Part shown: positions 50,292-59,558 of the stretch, in pieces | Layout: each line of letters begins with the position of its first letter | How positions within the stretch are numbered: the first letter of the stretch is position 1 | Assembly: GCA_036338595.1 (NCBI GenBank) | Contig: JAYZBV010000015.1 | Location: 14,103-78,102, forward strand | Reading direction: 5' to 3' | Length of the DNA stretch: 64,000 nt | DNA from: Planctomycetota bacterium | GTDB taxonomy: Bacteria; Planctomycetota; UBA8108; UBA1146 | Made by a program: the position numbers and the translations under genes | Notes under the pieces: generated by a model | What the model was told of the DNA's origin: nothing | Databases searched by the model: none | The model's input: the letters and a program-made list of their open reading frames with translations, nothing else

Positions 50292-51362
50292 ATGCCAAGA
50301 ATTGTTCATGTCATTGGAACCGGGACGATAGGCGAGCCGCTGATCGGCCTGCTCTGTCACCTCAAGGATCAACTAGGCATCGACGAGGTGACCTTCAACA
50401 AGCGCACTCCCCTCTATACCGATCGCTCCAAGGTTCGGACGCTACTCGAAAGAGGAGCATTACTATCCACTGCTCAGGAAACGATACCTGGTTTCGAGAA
50501 ACTCGGAATGCGTGCTTCGTTCACGACCAGAGATGCGATCGAGCGTTCTTCAGTTGTGATCGACTGTACGCCATCCGGTTCAGGTCTTACCAACAAGGAA
50601 GAATATTACAGCAGTGCCAACGACGTGAAGGGCTTTGTTGCACAGGGATCCGAGTTCGGTTTCGGGAAGATGTATGCGCGCGGCATCAATGACGATGCCC
50701 TGATTCCCGGGACCGATCGATATCTTCATGTGGTCTCCTGTAACACACACAATCTGGCGGCCATCATCAAGACGATGGCGCTCGGAAATGGAGAGATGCC
50801 CAACAATCTGGTGTCTGCCGACTTCGTTTGCATGAGACGGGCAAATGATGTCAGTCAGGATGCTGGATTTGCCCCCTCGCCTCAGGTTGGAAAGCACAAG
50901 GACCCGCAATTCGGCACCCATCACGCAAGAGATGCGTATCACCTGTTCCAGACCCAGAATCTGGAATACCCGCGCTTGTTCTCCAGTGCAGTGAAGATGA
51001 ATTCTCAGTACATGCACACACTCAGGTTCCGGCTCGAAGTGGAGGAACCGACATCCACCGAGCAAATCCTTGAACGGGTGCGGGCAAATGACCGCCTGGC
51101 TCTGACATTTAAGAAATCGGCGAACCAGGTCTTCAGCTTCGGAAGAGATCATGGCTTCTTCGGCAGGATCCTCAATCAGACCGTGATTCCGCACGAGACA
51201 CTGTCCGTGGTTGGCGGTACCCAGATCACGGGATTCTGTTTCACTCCTCAGGACGGCAACAGTCTTCTGTCATCGGTGGCGAGTTCCTGCTGGCTACTGG
51301 ATCCAGATGGATACGAAGATAACTTGCAGGCACTCAAGCCCTGGTTCTTCGAGGAAGTCTAG
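50292..51362 (+). CDS. Archaeal-type (class II) GAPDH-like dehydrogenase
   Basis: GTGTIG Rossmann motif, VIDCTP, AQG, catalytic VVSCNT, RRAND, THH..D, MH; start at MPRIVH. Confidence 0.75.
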   Translation: MPRIVHVIGTGTIGEPLIGLLCHLKDQLGIDEVTFNKRTPLYTDRSKVRTLLERGALLSTAQETIPGFEKLGMRASFTTRDAIERSSVVIDCTPSGSGLTNKEEYYSSANDVKGFVAQGSEFGFGKMYARGINDDALIPGTDRYLHVVSCNTHNLAAIIKTMALGNGEMPNNLVSADFVCMRRANDVSQDAGFAPSPQVGKHKDPQFGTHHARDAYHLFQTQNLEYPRLFSSAVKMNSQYMHTLRFRLEVEEPTSTEQILERVRANDRLALTFKKSANQVFSFGRDHGFFGRILNQTVIPHETLSVVGGTQITGFCFTPQDGNSLLSSVASSCWLLDPDGYEDNLQALKPWFFEEV

Positions 51363-51395
51363 GAGCATGACCGCGGCCTTCGGCGATCACGGAGA

Positions 51396-52157
51396 TCAGG
51401 AGTCGGAGTCCTCTTCCTGATCCATCCGGATGGCCTGTTCAAGTTCGACATCTGGAAGAAGGTCATCGCTGAGCCAGCTCAGCACATTTTCAATGGGGTC
51501 CGCTGCACATCCGGGTAGCCCCTGAGGGTGGTCCCTGAGCAGTTCCAGTGCGTCGGTGATGAATGCGTTCCCGTCCGGGAAATCCCGATTCAGTACACGT
51601 TCGATGAGTTCTACAGCCTCGTCAACTCCCAGATGAGCCAGTGCCAGGGCGGTCGCTTCTGTTCTCTGCACCGGCATCCGAGGTCGAACCAGATCAGCCC
51701 TCAGGCGATCCACGATGGCCTCTCTGCTCTGTGGTAGGTCATGCAGTGAGACTCCTACGAGACACTCGATGGCGAGCGCTGCGAGTTCACCGTCGAGTTC
51801 GAAATCGCCGAGAAGTTCGATGACAGCATCGAAAGCGGGAGAGCCGATTCGTTGCATCGCCCGGATGGAGGCTCTCTGCAACACCTCATCATCCGTCTGG
51901 AGGCATCGTAAGATCACCGAGGTGGCAGGAGCACTCCGGACCTCGCCGAGAAGTAGTACCGAGCAGATCACTCCAGAGGAGAATCCCTCACCCTTGTCGA
52001 GGGTGGTTTCGAGAAGTGCGATCAACTGCTGCTCCAGGTCCGGGTCGTCAAAGACTACCTTCACCAGATCGAGGCACGCCTCCACCACGGTGTGGCTGTC
52101 GTCATCGAAGAGCGGCTCGAGACGAGGGTCTCGCTGTGGTCTTGTGGAATCCAACAT
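51396..52157 (-). CDS. HEAT-repeat-like acidic helical protein
   Basis: The C-terminal ~253 aa of the track ORF have HEAT-like patterns (LLGEVRS..A, RAMQRIG, ALALAHLG); the upstream part is antisense to the SSS gene. Confidence 0.65.
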   Translation of the reverse strand: MLDSTRPQRDPRLEPLFDDDSHTVVEACLDLVKVVFDDPDLEQQLIALLETTLDKGEGFSSGVICSVLLLGEVRSAPATSVILRCLQTDDEVLQRASIRAMQRIGSPAFDAVIELLGDFELDGELAALAIECLVGVSLHDLPQSREAIVDRLRADLVRPRMPVQRTEATALALAHLGVDEAVELIERVLNRDFPDGNAFITDALELLRDHPQGLPGCAADPIENVLSWLSDDLLPDVELEQAIRMDQEEDSDS

Positions 52158-52238
52158 TCCCTGATTGTCCCGTCTGGGAGTCAGAATTCCAGCCGATCCT
52201 GGGCTGTAGAGGAAGGTAGTTGGAGATATCCTCCTGCC

Positions 52239-53729
52239 ATGTCCTCGCTCGATTGGCTCGTCATCGGCGGCTACCTGGCTCTGGTATTGACCATCGGACT
52301 TCGTGTGTCTCGTCGTAACGACAGCGCCGATGATCTGCTGCTGGCGGGCCGTGGTCTCGGCCCGACTGCGGTGATGCTCTCGCTGATCGCCACCGAACTG
52401 TCGGCCGCCACCTTCATCGGTGTTCCCCAGAATTCCTTCGGTCAACTGAGCTGGTATTACCTGCAGTTCGCCTTCGGCGCACTGATCGCCAAACTGGTAC
52501 TCTCTCGGACGCTGGTTCCGCTCTACCATCGACTCGGCGTCAAGACGGTCTACGGGTTGATCGAACACAGCTTTGGCCCGATCGCCTGGAGGGGTACCGC
52601 TCTGGCGTTCGTGGTCGGGCGGATTCTCGCCAGTGGCGTTCGGCTCTATCTCGCAGCCATCGCATTCTCTGCGCTGACCCAGTTCTCGATGGAGTTCTCT
52701 GTTCTGATCTGCGCATCGATCGCGGGAACCTACGCAGGAATCGGTGGGATCCGCTCGGTGATTGCGACCGATGTGATCCAGGGTGGCGTGTTCATCGTCT
52801 CTGCGCTGGCGCTGCTGTCGGTGGCAGTGGCGTCGATTCCCGGAGGAGTGGAGACCTTTCTCGACTGGATGAGTCAGACCGATTCCACGCAGATCATCTT
52901 CTGGCCCTCGGAGGTGGCCCACCAGGGCGGTGGCGGCTTCCTTGGCTGGCTGTCCGACGGTAAGTCGTTGCCGGTGGCGCTGATCGGAGGTTTCTTTCTC
53001 ACCATGGCGACTCATGGGACCGACCACGACATGGTTCAGCGGCTGCTGACCTGCAAGGATGGCCGCTCAGCAGGACGGGCTCTGGTGTTCTCCGGGATCC
53101 TCAACATTCCCCTGACGGTGCTGTTCCTTTTGCTGGGAACGGCGCTAGCGTGCTCCAGTTCCTTCACTCCATCGGCGACCCTCATCGATTCGCAGGATGT
53201 GGTGCCGCTCTTTGCCAGGGACCACTTGCCGTCAGGTTTGCTGGGACTCTTTCTCGCCGGGCTACTGGCGGCTGCGATGTCGAGTCTCGATTCTGCCATC
53301 TGTGCCATCTCCGCGACCTGGAGCGTCGATGTGCTGCAGAAGAAGACCAATAATCAGCCGCGGTCGATGCGTATCATCGCACTGGTCATCACTGTATTGC
53401 TGGCGCTGACGGCGATGGGGTTTTCCTGGCTTCAACAACGGGGATGGTCTGCCACCGAGGACCTGGTCACGCTGGCACTCTCCTCGATGACCATCATCTA
53501 CGGTGCGCTGCTCGGTGTGTTTCTGTGTGCTGCTTTTCTTCCACGACGGGGCAGCGGGCGCAGCGCAGTGGCGGGTCTGTTGGTGGGAACCGTGGTTGGT
53601 TTTGCCCTGTTTTTTCAGAAACCTTTACTGGGAATCGAAGATGTGTGGATCGCCTGGCCGTGGTGGATCGTCATCAGTGCGCCATTGACCGCGGGGATCT
53701 GCGCCATCGAATCGAGGGAGAAGCGATGA
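52239..53729 (+). CDS. Sodium:solute symporter family transporter
   Basis: DWLVIGGYL, LAGR, SLIATELSAATFIGVP, TDVIQ, DHDMVQRLL, AAAMSSLDS; about 13 TM segments. Confidence 0.92.
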   Translation: MSSLDWLVIGGYLALVLTIGLRVSRRNDSADDLLLAGRGLGPTAVMLSLIATELSAATFIGVPQNSFGQLSWYYLQFAFGALIAKLVLSRTLVPLYHRLGVKTVYGLIEHSFGPIAWRGTALAFVVGRILASGVRLYLAAIAFSALTQFSMEFSVLICASIAGTYAGIGGIRSVIATDVIQGGVFIVSALALLSVAVASIPGGVETFLDWMSQTDSTQIIFWPSEVAHQGGGGFLGWLSDGKSLPVALIGGFFLTMATHGTDHDMVQRLLTCKDGRSAGRALVFSGILNIPLTVLFLLLGTALACSSSFTPSATLIDSQDVVPLFARDHLPSGLLGLFLAGLLAAAMSSLDSAICAISATWSVDVLQKKTNNQPRSMRIIALVITVLLALTAMGFSWLQQRGWSATEDLVTLALSSMTIIYGALLGVFLCAAFLPRRGSGRSAVAGLLVGTVVGFALFFQKPLLGIEDVWIAWPWWIVISAPLTAGICAIESREKR

Positions 53730-55225
53730 TCGGCAGACGATTATGGATCGGCATCCCCGATCCTGAAATCTCACCGGAGACCTCCCGTCACCTGCTGCAG
53801 ATCGATCCGGGTGGCGTGATCCTGTTCGGAAGAAACGTCACATCTCGTGCACGGTTGACCGACCTGGTGACTGAACTGAGGGCATTGCTGGGATCCCATC
53901 TGCGCATCTGCATCGATCAGGAAGGGGGCAGAGTGGTGCGAATCCCCGAGGGGGTCACCATCTTTCCCGGCAATCTGTCGCTGGGAGCGGCGGCCTGCAA
54001 TGATCGGAGCCGTGCGCTCGCACTGGCCCGGCTTCAAGGCCAGATCTCCGGCCAGGAACTGCACCAGATCGGCATCGATGTGAATCTCGCGCCCTGTGTC
54101 GATCTGATCGAGCGCAGTGAAGCGCGTGGCATCGGATCTCGCTCCTTTGGATCGGACGCTGCACTGGCGCTGGTACTGGCGACCGAGATCGGTAGCGGGC
54201 ACCGGCAGTACGGGGTGCACGATTGCTGGAAGCACTATCCAGGGATCGGGTCGGTGAAGGTGGATCCTCATCATGGTCTGCCACGGCTGGAGAGTCAGGT
54301 CAGCGAGACTCATCTGCTTCCCTTCGCGGGAGCGAGCGCTGCCGGAGCTTCGATGGTGATGACGACTCACGTGGTCGCAGAACGTCTCGACCCGATCCAT
54401 CCGGTCACGACATCCGCTGCTGCGGTGAGCTACCTGCGAGAGGATCTTGGTTATCGAGGAGTGGTCATCACCGATTGTCTGGAGATGGGTGGTGTCGCTG
54501 GAATTGATTTCGAGCAGGTGATCCGAGGGGCGGCGGCTGCGGGCCACGATGCTCTGCTGGTCAGCCACACTCCGGCTCGGCAGTTGGAAGCTCTGCGGGT
54601 ACTCGAACGCCTCATCGATGCGGAGCAGGACAGTCAGGAACAGCATCAGCAGAGTCTCACTCGACTCGACTCGCTGTCGAGGATTGTGGTGGAGCATCCG
54701 ATCGCGCCTCTCCACGGCGAGTCGGTGGCGCTGGAGATCGCCCGCTGCGGAACGACGCTGCTGGCGGGGCCAGCGGCGACACTATCAGGATCCACAAGAG
54801 GGTTACTGGTGTTGCCGCAGTTGCACACCACCAGCCCCGTCGAGGATCCTCTTCAGGGGTTGCAGTTGAACCTGCTGGAAGAAGAGCTGGGCGACGGAGT
54901 GGAGACCCTTTCGATCGATGCAGAACCGAGTCGAGAACAGATCGAGCGGGTACTCACCACAGCACGAGGGGTTGCGGAGACGATCCTGGTGCTGAAGGGA
55001 TTTCGTCACAGTACAGCGGCCCGATCGCTGGTCGAGGAGCTGGCGACGCAGCAGCATCGACTGATCATCGTGTTACTGGAAGATCCGCGAGACCTGGTGG
55101 CGATTCCCGCAGCAGCGGGAATCTCGGTGATCACTGCCCATGGCTGCAGAGCGGTGCATCAGCAGGCGATCGCCGATGTCCTGCTGGGGCGAATTACACC
55201 CTCCGACCACTCTCCGATGAAGTGA
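53726..55225 (+). CDS. nagZ: GH3 beta-N-acetylhexosaminidase (NagZ type)
   Basis: GGVILFGRN, IDQEGGRV.R, RSFG, KHYPGIG....DPH, ITDCLEM; ATGA overlap with the SSS gene. Confidence 0.85.
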   Translation: MIGRRLWIGIPDPEISPETSRHLLQIDPGGVILFGRNVTSRARLTDLVTELRALLGSHLRICIDQEGGRVVRIPEGVTIFPGNLSLGAAACNDRSRALALARLQGQISGQELHQIGIDVNLAPCVDLIERSEARGIGSRSFGSDAALALVLATEIGSGHRQYGVHDCWKHYPGIGSVKVDPHHGLPRLESQVSETHLLPFAGASAAGASMVMTTHVVAERLDPIHPVTTSAAAVSYLREDLGYRGVVITDCLEMGGVAGIDFEQVIRGAAAAGHDALLVSHTPARQLEALRVLERLIDAEQDSQEQHQQSLTRLDSLSRIVVEHPIAPLHGESVALEIARCGTTLLAGPAATLSGSTRGLLVLPQLHTTSPVEDPLQGLQLNLLEEELGDGVETLSIDAEPSREQIERVLTTARGVAETILVLKGFRHSTAARSLVEELATQQHRLIIVLLEDPRDLVAIPAAAGISVITAHGCRAVHQQAIADVLLGRITPSDHSPMK

Positions 55226-55265
55226 CCTTCCACCGCTGGGCGCTTGCCACTGAGGAGCCTCTCGA

Positions 55266-56678
55266 TCAGAGGCGGACGTACTCGAATTCCAGCGGTTGGC
55301 CATTGATCCCGCGAGAAGGCGCAGCGATCCAGTTGGCCATCTTCCCCGGTTCAATCACCTGGTTCATGATGGAGACCAGGTAATCATTGTCCTCGGTGTT
55401 GAGTAGCCAGCGGCCTGAATTTGCGTCGTAGTGGTCCTTGGTGATGACATTGCCTTCGGGATCGAAAGAGTGCTCGGAGTAGAGCCCCTGATGGCGGTGA
55501 AAGCGTCGACTCGGCAGCGTGAGCCTTGTCTCTAGCCCCGCCTTTTCGAGGGTCCTGTTCCACTTCCTGAGAGCGCGTTGACAGTCATCGATGTATTCGT
55601 CGCGGAGAACCTCGTTGATGGCGTTGCGGTAAGGGACCTCGTCTTCGACCACAGCGCCATCGACGACCTGGGGAATGATCTTGATGCCATCTTTCATGAC
55701 ATGGTCCTCGTAGCGAGAATGTTCCTTGTATCGGCCCTTCAGGCCCTCGCCGAAGAAGTTGGCGGCGTTGGAGGAGATTTCTCCTCCGAACAGGTCGAGA
55801 CTGTAGGTGAACCAGTAGTTGATCGACCGCTGGATCATCTCGAGCGAGATCCCGCCTGCGCTCATCGGGTCTCCATCGGTCTCCCGCGTCAACTCCGCAC
55901 TGCGCTTGATGATTCGATCGAGGCCAGATTCTCCCACGAACAGGTGATGGGCTTCCTCGGTGAGCATGAAATTGCAGGTCCTGGCGAGCGGCTCGAAGCC
56001 ACTTTCTGCCAGCGATGCGAGCTGGAACTTGCCATCGCGGTCGGTGAAGTGAGTGAAGCAGAAGAAGGAGAGCCAGTGGTCACAGGCCTCGTTGAAGGCG
56101 TTGAGGATTCGAGGCTTGTCCTCGTCTCCACTGCGCCTGCAAAGGAGTTCCTCCGCCTCGTCACGACCATCTTTGCCGAAGAAGCGAAACAGCAGGTAGA
56201 CCATCGCCCACAGGTGTCTGCCCTCCTCCACATTGACCTGGAAGAGATTCCTCATGTCATAAAGCGACGGAGCGATGGTTCCGAGAAATCGTTGTTGCTC
56301 GACCGATGCAGGCTCTGTATCCGCCTGGGTGACGATGATGCGGCGTAAATTTCCCCGGTACTCGCCAGGGATATCTTGCCAGACAGGTTTCCCGAAATGA
56401 TCACCGAATCCGATGCTGTTTTCCGACTCGGTGGGCGTCAGGAAGATGCCCCAGCGATACTCGGGCATCTTGACATAGTCGAAGTTGGCCCAGCCGCCCG
56501 ATTCGACCGACACCGCGGTTCGCAGGTAGATGTCGTTGGTCTGGAACCCCGCAGGCCCCATGTCATTCCACCACTCCATGTAGAGGGGCAGCCAGTGCTC
56601 AAGAGCTCTCTGGAGTCGTTTGTCTCCGGCGAGATCGACGTTATTGGGAATTTTTCCGCTCTGATCAACGTTGCCCAT
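55266..56678 (-). CDS. boxB: Benzoyl-CoA 2,3-epoxidase subunit B
   Basis: KIPNNVDL, YVKMPEYRWGI, DTEPASVEQQR, EEGRHLWAM, TDRDGKFQL, EEAHH di-iron motifs, FEYVRL end. Confidence 0.95.
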   Translation of the reverse strand: MGNVDQSGKIPNNVDLAGDKRLQRALEHWLPLYMEWWNDMGPAGFQTNDIYLRTAVSVESGGWANFDYVKMPEYRWGIFLTPTESENSIGFGDHFGKPVWQDIPGEYRGNLRRIIVTQADTEPASVEQQRFLGTIAPSLYDMRNLFQVNVEEGRHLWAMVYLLFRFFGKDGRDEAEELLCRRSGDEDKPRILNAFNEACDHWLSFFCFTHFTDRDGKFQLASLAESGFEPLARTCNFMLTEEAHHLFVGESGLDRIIKRSAELTRETDGDPMSAGGISLEMIQRSINYWFTYSLDLFGGEISSNAANFFGEGLKGRYKEHSRYEDHVMKDGIKIIPQVVDGAVVEDEVPYRNAINEVLRDEYIDDCQRALRKWNRTLEKAGLETRLTLPSRRFHRHQGLYSEHSFDPEGNVITKDHYDANSGRWLLNTEDNDYLVSIMNQVIEPGKMANWIAAPSRGINGQPLEFEYVRL

Positions 56679-56699
56679 CGAGTTCCCCTTTCCCCGCTC

Positions 56700-58334
56700 T
56701 CAAACCCGATCCCATGCAAAGTCTGGTCGTTCCGGTCGCCCGTATAGAGTCAAGGCTCCACTGGGACCGGTGGCGTTGGGCCGGATGAAAATCCAGTTCT
56801 GCCAGGCACTGAGTCGCCCGAATATCTTGCTCTCCAGGTTCTCTGGACCGGCGAAGCGGAGATTCGCCTCCATTCCGGTCAATGAATCCGGAGAGAGGCT
56901 CACTCGTTCCTCGATGGCTACCGGCACCATGTCCTCGTAATCAAACTCATCCAGCGCTTCGGTAACCAGGCCCAACTTCTCGGCAGAGCTGGCATCCAGA
57001 CGCTCGTAGTTCCCCATCGTCTGTTCCAGCAGGTTCGGTTCCCCGAGCAGGCGGCACTGACAGCGAGTGATGTCAGTGGTCATCGGTAGCAACCCTTCGT
57101 TCATCTTCGATCGTTGCACCTCGACACCCTTCTCGTCCAGCATGTAGATCCGGTCGCAGGCAAGGGCGATTTCCAGCATCGATCCGCCAAAACAGGAGCC
57201 CTGTTCTATCAGTGCGAAGAAGCTGCAAGAGGTGCGTTCGAGCCGCTGAATTACATGGCTCATCAGGTACAGGATCTGATCGACAAACCAGTCCCCTTTA
57301 TTTTCGACGAGGATCTGGTCCCAGCCCTGGATGTCATCGAGATTTCCTTTGGTTCTGACCAGTGCCAACCCGATACCGTTTCGATTGACTCGTAGATCGA
57401 GAAGGGCGTCTTCCAGTTCACGAGTAAACCGCAGTGGCCAGAAGGAATCCCCTGCTTCATGAATCTGCTCCGGAGTCGTGGGGGCATCCGCTACTGGTGG
57501 TACCTCGATGGTGATCTCTGCGGTGCGTTGCTCCGGCTTGTAGGCTACCGACAGGGTCGAACTGCGCCGCACACCATCGACCTCGGAGACCTCGATGGGG
57601 CCGAGCGGGATGCCCTTGCGCTCGAGGCGACCGGGACGATCGGCTTCGATCTGGTCGAGGTGCTGTTTCAACTGGTCGTCGAATCGAGATCGAGGCGCGA
57701 CGGTATCGACGAGGCCCCAATCCAGAGCTCGTTTGCCCTTGAATCCCTCCGCCAGGGTGCAGAAGACATCGGCACGGTCGCGACGAACCATGCGCTTGTC
57801 GACGAGACGGGTCAGTCCTCCGGTGCCAGGAAGTACGCCCAGTAGCGGCGTCTCGGGCAGACTGACAGCACTATTACCATCATCGATCAACCAGATCTCG
57901 TCACAGGCGAGAGCCAGTTCGTATCCTCCTCCTGCGCAGGGACCGGTCACTGCGCAGATGGATCGAACATCTGCCTGGGCGGCCCAATCCTCCAGCTCGC
58001 ATCGAGTCTCGTTGGTGAATTTACAGAAGTTCACCTTCCAGGAATGGCTGGAGATGCCGAGCATATGAATGTTGGCGCCGGAGCAGAAAACCTGCTCATG
58101 ACTGCTGCTGACCACAAGGGAGGTGATTTCCGGGTGTTCGAATCGGAGCCGTCTGACGATGTCGGCCAGCTCGATATCCACTCCCATATCGTAGGAGTTC
58201 AACTTCAAGTCGTAGCCTTCCCGAAGCGGGAAGGCGGGGTCCACACTCATGAGGATCCGCATCACCTGGCCGTCCTTGTTCACTTCCCAGTGACGGTATC
58301 GAGAGGGATCTACCTGGAAGGAGATCGGTTCCAT
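56700..58334 (-). CDS. boxC: 2,3-epoxybenzoyl-CoA dihydrolase
   Basis: [63 protein letters not shown]. Confidence 0.95.
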   Translation of the reverse strand: MEPISFQVDPSRYRHWEVNKDGQVMRILMSVDPAFPLREGYDLKLNSYDMGVDIELADIVRRLRFEHPEITSLVVSSSHEQVFCSGANIHMLGISSHSWKVNFCKFTNETRCELEDWAAQADVRSICAVTGPCAGGGYELALACDEIWLIDDGNSAVSLPETPLLGVLPGTGGLTRLVDKRMVRRDRADVFCTLAEGFKGKRALDWGLVDTVAPRSRFDDQLKQHLDQIEADRPGRLERKGIPLGPIEVSEVDGVRRSSTLSVAYKPEQRTAEITIEVPPVADAPTTPEQIHEAGDSFWPLRFTRELEDALLDLRVNRNGIGLALVRTKGNLDDIQGWDQILVENKGDWFVDQILYLMSHVIQRLERTSCSFFALIEQGSCFGGSMLEIALACDRIYMLDEKGVEVQRSKMNEGLLPMTTDITRCQCRLLGEPNLLEQTMGNYERLDASSAEKLGLVTEALDEFDYEDMVPVAIEERVSLSPDSLTGMEANLRFAGPENLESKIFGRLSAWQNWIFIRPNATGPSGALTLYGRPERPDFAWDRV

Positions 58335-58575
58335 CAGTTGCTCCCTTCGACTGGCAGTGCACCGGGATGCAAGAATCTGGCATGGGCGCGTTCAACGGCC
58401 CGGCATCTCGATCATCCTGCCGTATCGAGGCGGGTGGGGCAACCGATCCGGAACCCTGGAAGCCGCTCGGGGCGCAGGATCGAGACGATTCACTGGTCCC
58501 AAGAGGATTCGATCGGATATGATCTCCGGTTCGTGGGAGGATCCCTTTCCAGGTCAGGAAGGTCGGTGCCCGGTC

Positions 58576-58989
58576 ATGCGGCGGACGATGCTGCACTCAA
58601 AAATACACAGAGCGACCGTCACAGGTGCGGACCTCGATTACGAGGGCAGCGTGACGATCGACACCGATCTCCTCGAAGCTGCCGACATCTTGCCGGGGCA
58701 ACAGGTTCACATCTGGAATGTCACCCGTGGCAGCCGCATCGTCACTTACGCCCTGCCCGGGCCCGCTGCATCGGGAACGGTCTGTATCAATGGTGCGGCG
58801 GCACATCAGAACTCACCGGGAGATCTCGTGATCATCGCCAGTTGGGTCGAACTGGAAGAAGCGAGGATCTCCGAGCACGAGCCGAAGGTGGTCCGGGTCG
58901 ATTCCAGTAACCGAATCACCGGCACCTGGCAGGAGATCCCAGGACCTGCGAACCACGCAGACTCCGGGGTGGCCACCTTCGAGGAGTAA
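58576..58989 (+). CDS. panD: Aspartate 1-decarboxylase
   Basis: [20 protein letters not shown] autocleavage site, TYA, NGAAAH, GDLVII. Confidence 0.96.
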   Translation: MRRTMLHSKIHRATVTGADLDYEGSVTIDTDLLEAADILPGQQVHIWNVTRGSRIVTYALPGPAASGTVCINGAAAHQNSPGDLVIIASWVELEEARISEHEPKVVRVDSSNRITGTWQEIPGPANHADSGVATFEE

Positions 58990-59006
58990 CCGTCGAGCGG
59001 GGGGAA

Positions 59007-59558
59007 ATGTCTCAGGAACGAACCACCCGGGCCTTTCAGGTCAACGGTGAAGATCATCACGTGTCATTCTCGGTCCACCACAGTCTTCTCGAAGTATTGC
59101 GTGAGGAACTGGGGCTGACCGGCACCAAACACGGATGTGAACTGGGAGAGTGCGGCACCTGTACCGTGCTGATCGATGGCAAGCCGATTCTCAGTTGCCT
59201 GGAACTGGCGGCAGAATGCGAGGGGCGGCAGATCGAGACGGTCGAGGGGATGATGCGGGGCAACGAGTTGCATCCGTTACAGGATTGTTTCGCCGACCTC
59301 GGAGCCGCTCAGTGCGGATACTGCACCCCGGGGATACTCTTGGCCGCTCAGGCGCTGCTGGCAGAGAATCCCTCTCCGACTCGTGATCAAATCGTTTCTG
59401 CCCTGTCAGGAAATCTGTGCCGGTGCACCGGATACCACAAGATCCTCGAGGCGATCGAGTGGGCTGCTGCCCGCATGAGAGGCGACGAGAAGTATCGTCC
59501 TCCCGAGAGTGCCATCTACGGTGATCCTGTCGAGGTGGAAAAGGCCTCCGATGGCTAA
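59007..59558 (+). CDS. hcrC: 2x[2Fe-2S] subunit, 4-hydroxybenzoyl-CoA reductase gamma-like
   Basis: TGTKHGCELGECGTCTV, QCGYCTPG, GNLCRCTGY; first gene of a C-A-B order. Confidence 0.8.
   Translation: MSQERTTRAFQVNGEDHHVSFSVHHSLLEVLREELGLTGTKHGCELGECGTCTVLIDGKPILSCLELAAECEGRQIETVEGMMRGNELHPLQDCFADLGAAQCGYCTPGILLAAQALLAENPSPTRDQIVSALSGNLCRCTGYHKILEAIEWAAARMRGDEKYRPPESAIYGDPVEVEKASDG

Noticed and set aside
48816..50372. 518 aa minus-strand ORF
   Set aside because: Antisense to the Gly-rich lipoprotein; Ser/Thr/Arg bias reflects complemented Gly codons.
52158..53027. N-terminal ~290 aa of the 543 aa minus-strand ORF
   Set aside because: Antisense shadow of the SSS gene; only the part from 52157 looks like a real protein.
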